Shown here in pieces: positions 7,968 to 15,848 of a stretch of DNA of 23,234 nt. A program made the translations under genes and the position numbers. Every line of letters starts with the position of its first letter. The first letter of the stretch is position 1. A model generated the notes under the pieces. It saw nothing but the letters and a program-made list of their open reading frames with translations. It ran no database searches and was not told where the DNA came from. Source of the stretch: Candidatus Eiseniibacteriota bacterium (GTDB lineage Bacteria > Eisenbacteria > RBG-16-71-46); the NCBI GenBank assembly GCA_031364845.1, contig JANLWX010000026.1, positions 1 to 23,234 on the forward strand, read 5' to 3'.

Positions 7968-10241
7968 CTACCCCGGTCGCCGCAGCCCGATGCGATGCAG
8001 GAATGGCACCCAGCGCGGGTCCGCGTGCAGCGGCGCGAGCTGCGCGTTGACCGTCGTGAGCGAGAGTCCGGAATCGTGCAACTCGAACGAGCGCTCGAGC
8101 CAGTGGAACGCCTCGTCGTGTTCGCCCCGCACCGCATGGACGCACGCGATCTGGAATCCCCAGTTCTCGCCCAGGGCAATCAGTTCCTGCAGCGAACGGT
8201 CCGATGCGCCCGCGTCGCCCTGCAGGTGCCGGAACGAGCTCTCCCACCAGAGTCGGTAGCCGCTGCGCTTTTCGTTGCGCGCCGCCGCCTCGGCCTCTGC
8301 GGTCCTGCCCTGGTACAGGAGCGTCCAGGCCAGCTGCGACCAGCCGCTCTCGATGTCCGGGCTCAGTTCCAGCGCGCGCCGGTAGTGCACTTCGGCTTCA
8401 GGATTGCGGCGAGCCCAGTGCAGCACCCGGCCGCGGTTCATGATGATGTTCGCGGAGAGTGGATCGAGCGCGAGTGCACGTTCGCTCAGAGTGAGCCCCT
8501 CGCGGATGTTTCCGAGCACGGCTTCGAAGTGGCCGAGCATCATGAGGATGCTGCCGTTGCCGGGCGCGAGATCGCTGGCCCTGCGAATGGCTTCGTGAGC
8601 TTCCGCCCAGCGGAACTCTACTGGCCCGAGCGCCATGGCCATGGTCTCCCACGCTTGGGCGAGATTCGGGTCGAGCGCCACCGCGCGATCGACCGCCTCC
8701 CTGGCAAGCCGGTAGGTCTCGGGCTTGCCGGCCTCCTCTCCCCGGTAGTACTGCGTCAGCCGGGAGTAGGCGAGCCCCGCCCACGCACGGGCATCGCTCG
8801 GCACCATGGCGATCGCTTGATCGTAGAGCGCAATCGCGCGCTCGATCGAGGCGTCACTCTGCTGCTGCGCGAAGTGATGCGCGTGCAGCAGCAATTCGAA
8901 CGTCTCGGCGTTCTGCGGCGCGGGCGCGGCTGGCTGCGTGCCGAGCAAGGTCACGTTCATCGCCAGCGACACACACTTCGCGATCTCGTCCTGCACAGCG
9001 AAGATGTCGTCGAGCACGCGATCGAACGTTTCGCTCCACAGGTGGAAACCGTCCGAAACCTTCACGAGCTGCACGGTGATGCGCACGCGATTGCCGGCCT
9101 TGCGCACGCTGCCCTCGAGCAGCGTCGCCACTCCCAGCTTCTGGCCGATCTCGCGCAGGTCCTCGTGCTTGCCCTTGAATGCGAAGCTCGACGTGCGGCC
9201 GACCACGCGGAGTCCCGGGTTGCGGGCGAGCACGTTGAGCAGTTCTTCGCTGAGGCCGTCGGAGAAGAACTCGTTCTCGGGATCCGCACTCATGTTGGCG
9301 AACGGCAGCACCGCGAGCGATGGCGCCACGGCGGTGGCCCCCGTGCCGCTTGCGGCGGATGCCACGCCGGATTCGAATTCGCGCCGCACCGCGTCGAGTT
9401 CGGTGCGCAGGTCGGCCGCGGTGGCAAAGCGGCGCTCGCGCTCCTTTTCGAGACAGCGGCCCACGATGCGGTCGAGCGAGGGCGGCAGCTCGGGCCGGAT
9501 CGATTTCATCGTGGCCGGCAGGTCGCGCAGGATGGACGAACTGACGTCGGCGGTTGAACGGCCGGTGAACGGGCGGCTCCCGGTGAGCATCTCGTACATC
9601 ACGACGCCGAACGCGAACAGGTCGGCGCGCGCATCGAGCTTTTCGCCGCGGATCTGTTCGGGCGCCATGTAGGGCGCGGTGCCGACCACCTGGCCCAAAG
9701 CCGAGATCGGCGCCGGCGCCGTGAGCGCCTGCGTGTGCGTGCTCGGATCCGACGAGTTGCCGTCGTCGAGCTTGGCGAGCCCGAAGTCGAGCACCTTGAG
9801 CCGGCCCTCGCGCGAGATCATCACGTTGGCGGGTTTCAGGTCGCGGTGGACGATTCCGCGCTCGTGCGCGGCCACCAGCGCGTCGGCCAGCGCAAGCGCC
9901 CACTTGAGCGTGGGCAACGGCGGCAGCCCGGCCGGCGAGATGCGCTGGTCCAGGCTGTCGCCCTCGACCAGTTCCATGGTCAGGAAGCGCACGCCGTCCG
10001 CTGCTTCGATTGAGTGGATCGTCACGATGTTCGGGTGGTTGAGCACCGCTACCGTGCGCGCCTCGCGTTCGAAGCGCGCCAGCCGCTCGGGGTCGGCCGC
10101 CACGGATTCGGGAAGCACCTTGAGCGCTACGTCACGCCCCAGCCGGGTGTCGCGCGCTCGATAGACCTCGCCCATCCCCCCCGCGCCGAGCGGCGCGATG
10201 ACTTCATAGGGACCGAGGATGGACCCAACTGTCAGTGGCAT
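7968..10241 (-). CDS. Cytoplasmic Ser/Thr protein kinase with TolB-like N-terminal-type middle domain and TPR repeats
   Basis: LGAGGMGEVY, VALK, HRDLKPAN, DFG and GTAPYMAPE, then SLAVLPFANMSADPENEFFSDGLSEELLNVL...EGSVRKAGNRVRITVQL and TPRs. No transmembrane segment seen. Confidence 0.95.
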   Translation of the reverse strand: MPLTVGSILGPYEVIAPLGAGGMGEVYRARDTRLGRDVALKVLPESVAADPERLARFEREARTVAVLNHPNIVTIHSIEAADGVRFLTMELVEGDSLDQRISPAGLPPLPTLKWALALADALVAAHERGIVHRDLKPANVMISREGRLKVLDFGLAKLDDGNSSDPSTHTQALTAPAPISALGQVVGTAPYMAPEQIRGEKLDARADLFAFGVVMYEMLTGSRPFTGRSTADVSSSILRDLPATMKSIRPELPPSLDRIVGRCLEKERERRFATAADLRTELDAVRREFESGVASAASGTGATAVAPSLAVLPFANMSADPENEFFSDGLSEELLNVLARNPGLRVVGRTSSFAFKGKHEDLREIGQKLGVATLLEGSVRKAGNRVRITVQLVKVSDGFHLWSETFDRVLDDIFAVQDEIAKCVSLAMNVTLLGTQPAAPAPQNAETFELLLHAHHFAQQQSDASIERAIALYDQAIAMVPSDARAWAGLAYSRLTQYYRGEEAGKPETYRLAREAVDRAVALDPNLAQAWETMAMALGPVEFRWAEAHEAIRRASDLAPGNGSILMMLGHFEAVLGNIREGLTLSERALALDPLSANIIMNRGRVLHWARRNPEAEVHYRRALELSPDIESGWSQLAWTLLYQGRTAEAEAAARNEKRSGYRLWWESSFRHLQGDAGASDRSLQELIALGENWGFQIACVHAVRGEHDEAFHWLERSFELHDSGLSLTTVNAQLAPLHADPRWVPFLHRIGLRRPG

Positions 10242-10247
10242 GAAGAG

Positions 10248-10253
10248 AATCTA
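10248..10253 (-). promoter_or_regulatory. Possible -10 element for leaderless expression of the TPR kinase
   Basis: Minus strand TAGATT, 6 nt, then ATG 10241. A GAGGT overlapping its upstream edge could instead be a distant RBS. Confidence 0.4.
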
Positions 10254-10309
10254 CCTCATCGTGAGCGGTCGTTGCGCGCGCGGGCGTGGGACCGCTGCGA
10301 AAGTCGATG

Positions 10310-12970
10310 TCACTTCTTCGCGATGTCCGCCATCCAGTTGAGCACCACCGTGGTGGTGGGAAGTGCGCGCTCCGCCAGGGGGCGGAACAGGATGAACGTG
10401 CTCCCGTCATGGGTCACCGCGTAGTGACTGCGCTGCTGGCCGGGCGAGAGGATCTTGGTCTGGAACAGCACGACCGGGGTGCCGGGCCCGAAAGAGGGTG
10501 ACAGCGTGATCGGCGTGGACATCATCTGCTGCTCCGGCGACAGATAGAAGAGTTCGCGTCCGCCATTGCCCCAGTGCGGGTCGTCACCGCCGCGGACCGA
10601 GATCTGCCACTTGTCGCTGCGGTCCGGGTAGGTCTGAACGTAGACCTCTTCGCGACCCGACTCGTCGGACACGTAGGCGAGATAGCGGCCATCGGGCGAC
10701 AACCGCCCCGAGAACTCGTTGAACGCCCCGTTGAGGAACGGTTTCACCTTGTGGTCGCCCGCAACCGAGAGCGTGCCGATATCCGATCCCATCGCGCCGA
10801 ACACGTCCAAGAAGATCGTCGCGCCATCAGCCGACCAGTCCTTGATCGTAACCTCGTCGGCCAGGGGCGCGAGCAACTCCGTCTCGCCGGACCCGGTGAG
10901 CTGCTTGGCGACGACTCCCGAAGCGCCGGGCGCATCCGACCAGTAGGCGATGCGCCTTCCGTCCGGCGACCACATCGGATAGTTCTCGTTGGTGGGTTCG
11001 AACGAGAAGCGCGTCGAAATCCCGCGCTCACGATCGAGGATCCACACATTGCGGCTGCGCGTCTGCGGATCCATCGCGCGTACCGCGATGCGCCGGTCGT
11101 CGGGCGAAAGCGTGGGCATCAGCGCCGAGGGTGGGCACTCGAGTGGCCGGACCAGCCGGCCGGAGCGATCGAGTTCAACCAGCTCACCGGCCTGAGCCCC
11201 ACGCGTGGAGTAGACGAGCACGCCGTTCTCCGAAGCGCGGAAGTCGGAGCCGCCCACGACGCTGGTGCCCACCTGCTCGGCGATCGGCACCGGCTCGCCC
11301 TTGAACTTGAGAGCGCGCGTATCGAACGGCTGGAGCACCAGCGAGCCGCCCCGCGAATAGAGCAGATGGCCGGGTGCGACGTATTGCACCTGGGACTCGC
11401 ATGGGCCGAGCGCGCGGGTCTCCTTCGAGCCGAGCGTGCCCACGCGCAACTCCGGAGTCGGCAGGATGCTGAGATAGAGGAAGTGCTTGCCGTCGGGCAA
11501 AAACTCCGGCCAGCCCACCTGCTGAACACCCTTTGAGGTGTCCGGCTTCACTTCGGCCGTCGCGACGCCACCGCTGGCCGGCACGCGCATGAGGGGATCG
11601 ACGCCAGTGCCGTCGAACAGGATGACCCCACCCCTGCCCCACGTGCCGTCCGCTCCAGTCGGCGCGTCGCAGATCACCGATGGCGGCCCCCCCGCGATGT
11701 TCACCTTCTTGAGCTTGCCTCCGGAGACGAAGGCGAGATAGCGGCTGTCCGGCGACCAGAACGGCCGCCTGGCACCGTCGGTGCCCGGCAGCGCCTGTGC
11801 GACGAGCGCGCTCAGCGGCCGGATCCAGACGCGCACCGTGCCGGTGGAGTCGGTCGCGCTGTAGGCAAGCGTGCGGCCGTCGGGCGAGATGCGAGGGGAG
11901 TCCTGTGTCTGAACCGAACTCGGCGTCGTCACCTCGAAGCGCATGGGCTGCGGCGCGGGTGGGCGAAGCACAAACGTCATCACCGCGAGCGCGATCGCGG
12001 CCGCAGACGCGACGCCACCGAAGATCCACGCCATGCGCTCGCGGCTGCGGCGCCGCGCGGACACCGGCGCGGGCCCGCCCGCCTGCGAGCCGCCCTCGAC
12101 GATCCAGCGCAGGTGCATGCGCACTTCGCGCGCGGTCTGGATGCGCTCTTCGGGATCCTTCTCGAGGCACGCGCGCACCAGGCGGTCGAGGCCGGGCGGC
12201 GAAAGCTGCAGCACTTCGCTGATCGGTGCGGGCTGATCCTTCATGATCGAACTGATGAGGCTCGCCTGCGTGGCCCCTGCGAACGGGCGCTTGCCGGTCG
12301 CCATCTCGTACAGCACGCAGCCGAGCGCCCACAGGTCGCAGCGCGCGTCGGCTTCGGCGCCCTCCAACTGCTCGGGGGCCATGTACTGGAACGTGCCGAC
12401 GATCGCACCCTTGGCGGTGAGCGGCTGCGCCACCGTCGGCGCCACCGTCAAGCCCGAAAGGCTGGCGAGACTGCCGGAGCCGCCGCCCGCAACCTCGGTG
12501 GCCCGCGCGAGACCGAAGTCCATCAGCTTGGCGCCGGTCTTGGACAACATGATGTTGCCGGGCTTCAAGTCGCGATGAATGATGCCGGCGCGATGCGCCT
12601 TTTCGAGCGCGTCGGTGATCTCGCCGCCCAGCTTGAGGACCTGCTCGATCGGCAGCGGCCCGTTGGCGAGCCGCTCGCCGAGCGTCTCCCCTTCGACCAG
12701 CTCCATCACGAGGTAGTCCGTTTCGCCCTCGCGCCCGATGTCGTGCAGCGTACAGATGTGCGGGTGGTTCAGGCTCGACACCGTGCGCGCTTCCTGCTCG
12801 AAGCGCGCGCGCACTTCGGCGTTCTCAGTCAGATGGCCGGGCAGCACCTTGATGGCCACGTCGCGGCCGAGCCGCGTGTCGCGGGCTCGATACACCTCGC
12901 CCATGCCACCGGCGCCGAGCGGAGAGACGATTTCGTAGGGTCCGAGCTTGGTGCCGGCAGTCAGGGTCAT
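10310..12970 (-). CDS. Membrane Ser/Thr protein kinase with extracytoplasmic PD40/TolB-like beta-propeller
   Basis: LGAGGMGEVY, VAIK, HRDLKPGN, DFG and GTFQYMAPE; TM segment MAWIFGGVASAAAIALAVMTFVL; repeated ISPDG/WSPDS/LSPDD/WSPDG/LSPDG. Start is 12970 or 12976. Confidence 0.95.
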   Translation of the reverse strand: MTLTAGTKLGPYEIVSPLGAGGMGEVYRARDTRLGRDVAIKVLPGHLTENAEVRARFEQEARTVSSLNHPHICTLHDIGREGETDYLVMELVEGETLGERLANGPLPIEQVLKLGGEITDALEKAHRAGIIHRDLKPGNIMLSKTGAKLMDFGLARATEVAGGGSGSLASLSGLTVAPTVAQPLTAKGAIVGTFQYMAPEQLEGAEADARCDLWALGCVLYEMATGKRPFAGATQASLISSIMKDQPAPISEVLQLSPPGLDRLVRACLEKDPEERIQTAREVRMHLRWIVEGGSQAGGPAPVSARRRSRERMAWIFGGVASAAAIALAVMTFVLRPPAPQPMRFEVTTPSSVQTQDSPRISPDGRTLAYSATDSTGTVRVWIRPLSALVAQALPGTDGARRPFWSPDSRYLAFVSGGKLKKVNIAGGPPSVICDAPTGADGTWGRGGVILFDGTGVDPLMRVPASGGVATAEVKPDTSKGVQQVGWPEFLPDGKHFLYLSILPTPELRVGTLGSKETRALGPCESQVQYVAPGHLLYSRGGSLVLQPFDTRALKFKGEPVPIAEQVGTSVVGGSDFRASENGVLVYSTRGAQAGELVELDRSGRLVRPLECPPSALMPTLSPDDRRIAVRAMDPQTRSRNVWILDRERGISTRFSFEPTNENYPMWSPDGRRIAYWSDAPGASGVVAKQLTGSGETELLAPLADEVTIKDWSADGATIFLDVFGAMGSDIGTLSVAGDHKVKPFLNGAFNEFSGRLSPDGRYLAYVSDESGREEVYVQTYPDRSDKWQISVRGGDDPHWGNGGRELFYLSPEQQMMSTPITLSPSFGPGTPVVLFQTKILSPGQQRSHYAVTHDGSTFILFRPLAERALPTTTVVLNWMADIAKK

Positions 12971-13137
12971 GACCATACCGGCTGGATCACGGCTTCGAAG
13001 CGGGGATGCATGCGGATCGTCTCCCAGAAGGGTGTGATGCGTTGCAAGTGTGTTGGAAGTGCGGGGCTCCGCCCCGGATCAAGACCTTATTCAACTCGTT
13101 GCGCGTGAAGAATGCGAGCCAGCCCCGTTGCGCGCGG

Positions 13138-15165
13138 TCAGACCCGGCGCACCACCAGCAGCGTGACGTCGTCGACGTGCATGCCCTCGCCCGCCACCGC
13201 GTGGACATCGGCGAGCATCCGCTCCACGATCTCGGCAGAATCCGGATGCTCCGCCGCGAGCGCGAGCGCGCGCTCGCGCAGCCGCTCGTCTCCATAGAAT
13301 TCCTTCGGCTGCGCTCGTTGTGGCGCCTCGGGGATTCCATCGGAGTAGATCACGAGCGTGTCGCCGACAACGAACTTCACGTCCTTGCCGGCGTAGGGCA
13401 TGTCCTCCAAGATGGCGAGCGGCACGCCGGTCGCGTCCAGCTCGATGACCGCGCCGTTGCGCAACAGGAGCGGCGGATTGTGACCCGCGTTGCAGTAGCT
13501 CAGCCGCTGTTCCTCGACCGAGATGATGCCGAGGAAGAACGTCGCGAACTTGCCGGGGAGCGCGGCGCGCGCGAGTGAGCTGTTGACGGCCTCGACCATC
13601 TCCACCGGTGTGCGACCGGGCTGTGCCACCGCATGGAACGACGCCCGGATGTGCGCCATCAGCAGAGCGGCCGGGACGCCGTGTCCGCTGACGTCGCCCA
13701 CGACCACCGCAAGCGATCCGTCCTTGAACGGGATCCAGTCGAAGTAGTCCCCGCCCACCAACTGGGCGGGGATGTTGCGGCCCGAGACATCGAGTCCGGC
13801 CACATTGGGAGGCCCGGCCGGCAGCAGGTGCTGCTGGATCGAGCGCGCGACTTCGAGTTCCCTGGCCTGCGCGCGGGCGCGCTCCTCGGCCTCGCGGCGC
13901 CACGCGTTCTGCACCGCGGCCCATGTGATCGGTGGCACCAGCAGCGCTGCCAGCGGGGGAACGTCGAGGTCCGCGAAGACGAACAGGCTGTAGTCGATCG
14001 CCGCCACACAGACGATCGCTCCGAGCGCGACGAGGGCGGCGCTCAGGAGCGAGACCCGCGAGTACCAGAGGCCGAGGCCGGTTGCGAGCGCGATCAATGC
14101 CAGGATCATCCACGGAGATCGTTCCGGGACTTTCCTCACGAACCGTCCCTGGAGCGCGGCGTTCACGGCATTCGCGTGGACATAAACGAGCGGCGTGAGG
14201 CTCGAGTACGGAGTGACACCGAGGTCGAACGCATTCGGACCGGTCGTCGTGGATCCGATCAGCACCAGCTTTCCGCGGAATGCCCGGGCGAGCGACGTCG
14301 TGTCGGCGTCCCGATACCACTGCAACACCTGGAGCATGGAGTGACGGTTCTTGAATGCACGCTCGTCGCCCGCGAAGGCGATCGTGGTCCCGCCTTCTTC
14401 GTCTGAAGGCACCTGCGCGCGGCGTCCCCTCCACTGGACTTCAAGTCGGTCCGAGGCCAGTTCGAAGCGCGGCAGAGTGCTGTCGCGGCGAGCGGCCACC
14501 TCGACCAGGCGGATCACGAGCGAGCCGTAGGCCGCCTTGCCGAATCGGATGAAGTGCGGGATGCGGCGGATTACGCCATCGGCGTCGACGAGCACCGCCG
14601 TGTGTCCGACGTCGTGGGTGGCGGAGAGCAGGTCACCGAACGGCAGCGCGACGGCCTGTGCGATTGCCAGGCGCTTGCCCGAAGTCGGACGGCCGTGACG
14701 GATGAGTTCCGAGGAATCGGCGATCGCCGCCATCGAGCTGGACATCGACCTCTCACCGCGCTGGAAGGAAATCGCCTGGACCAGGTTGTCCTGGGCCCCG
14801 GTGATGGATGCCAGCAACTGGTCGCCGGCCGGATCCTGGGGGTCTTCCCCGAGGAAGACGAGGTCGAATACGAACGCCAGCGCGCCGGCGTTCTCGAGCG
14901 CGTCGATCACGATGGCGTAGTTGCGACGTGGGAGCGGCCACACGCCACCGATTGCCGTGATCGTCTGATCGTCGATCTCAATGATGGCGACGCGGTCCGA
15001 GGCCGCAACCGGACCACGCAGATGATAGCGCCAGTCCTGAAGCAACAGATCCACAGGGCGCGTCACGCCGATCGCCCAGACGACCGCCGCGAGCAAGCCG
15101 CAGACGGCACCAATCCTGGCGCCCTTGCCAGCGGAGACGCGCTCGATCGCGCTCGATCCGCTCAC
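13138..15165 (-). CDS. CHASE2 sensor domain + 3 TM + PP2C/SpoIIE-type Ser/Thr phosphatase
   Basis: CHASE2 motifs VAIIEIDDQT, WPLPRRNYA, FDLVF, DADGVIRR, FRGKLVLIG and VHANAVNAAL. PP2C motifs VGGDYFD, VGDVSGHGVPAALLMA, YCNAGHNPP, YSDGIPEA and DDVTLLVV are intact. Confidence 0.93.
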   Translation of the reverse strand: MSGSSAIERVSAGKGARIGAVCGLLAAVVWAIGVTRPVDLLLQDWRYHLRGPVAASDRVAIIEIDDQTITAIGGVWPLPRRNYAIVIDALENAGALAFVFDLVFLGEDPQDPAGDQLLASITGAQDNLVQAISFQRGERSMSSSMAAIADSSELIRHGRPTSGKRLAIAQAVALPFGDLLSATHDVGHTAVLVDADGVIRRIPHFIRFGKAAYGSLVIRLVEVAARRDSTLPRFELASDRLEVQWRGRRAQVPSDEEGGTTIAFAGDERAFKNRHSMLQVLQWYRDADTTSLARAFRGKLVLIGSTTTGPNAFDLGVTPYSSLTPLVYVHANAVNAALQGRFVRKVPERSPWMILALIALATGLGLWYSRVSLLSAALVALGAIVCVAAIDYSLFVFADLDVPPLAALLVPPITWAAVQNAWRREAEERARAQARELEVARSIQQHLLPAGPPNVAGLDVSGRNIPAQLVGGDYFDWIPFKDGSLAVVVGDVSGHGVPAALLMAHIRASFHAVAQPGRTPVEMVEAVNSSLARAALPGKFATFFLGIISVEEQRLSYCNAGHNPPLLLRNGAVIELDATGVPLAILEDMPYAGKDVKFVVGDTLVIYSDGIPEAPQRAQPKEFYGDERLRERALALAAEHPDSAEIVERMLADVHAVAGEGMHVDDVTLLVVRRV

Positions 15166-15189
15166 GTGACGATGTTGAGAATCAGCGAC

Positions 15190-15837
15190 TCAGCGCTTCC
15201 AGTAAAGGAGCTGCGGAGTCTCGCTGCCGTCGGAAGCGCGCGGGCCTGCCGACCGCCACGCCGACGGGGCCTTGCCCGTGGACGTCTTGACGCCGGAACC
15301 CGCGGACTCGACCTTCCCGGTTGGAACCGCGCTCGCCGCCTGCTTCAGCATTGCACGGATCTGTTCGGGGTCGATCGCGGTCTTCTTGGAAGCGCGCTCG
15401 GTCGGCTCCTTCGGAACGGCCGGCTCCTTCGGGATGCCCATCAGCGCCGCCGCCGCCTCGGGTCCGCCGGCCAGCTTCACCCCGCGGGCGAAGGCCGCTT
15501 CCGAGCGCGCCTGGTTGCCCAGCAGCATGAGCGCGGTCGCGTGGTTCAGGTGAATTCCCGCATCGAGCGAGTCGCCGCGCAGCGCGCGCTCGTAGAACGC
15601 GAGCGCCACACTCGTCTCACCTCTCAGGAGGCGGATATTGCCGAGGTTGTTCAGCGCGCGCGCATCGCCCTTGGTGTGGGACAGCATCGTGATGAAGAGC
15701 GATTCCGCGCGGGCTTCCTCGCCGCTGATCGCGAGGGTCACGCCATATTCCGAACGGGCATCGGTCGCGTGCAGCGGCGCGGTGACCACCGTGACCAGAA
15801 GTGCCGTCACGGCCAAGAACAGCAGGTTGCGTCGCAT
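15190..15837 (-). CDS. Secreted TPR protein
   Basis: Signal peptide MRRNLLFLAVTALLVTVVTAPLHA; TPR ALNNLGNIRLLRGETSVALAFYERAL; GAAGGG RBS; starts 11 nt after the upstream stop. Confidence 0.85.
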   Translation of the reverse strand: MRRNLLFLAVTALLVTVVTAPLHATDARSEYGVTLAISGEEARAESLFITMLSHTKGDARALNNLGNIRLLRGETSVALAFYERALRGDSLDAGIHLNHATALMLLGNQARSEAAFARGVKLAGGPEAAAALMGIPKEPAVPKEPTERASKKTAIDPEQIRAMLKQAASAVPTGKVESAGSGVKTSTGKAPSAWRSAGPRASDGSETPQLLYWKR

Positions 15838-15848
15838 GGCGGTTCCCT

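Noticed and set aside
5973..8630. Duplicate TPR region as a diversity-generating retroelement TR/VR pair
   Set aside because: Differences involve all bases and many synonymous sites rather than adenines only, the repeat is far longer than a typical TR, and no reverse transcriptase is in the window.
13077..13101. Two tandem IHF-like sites (GATCAAGACCTTA, ATTCAACTCGTTG) upstream of the membrane kinase
   Set aside because: Each has a mismatch and no convincing associated promoter was found, so support is too weak for a feature call.
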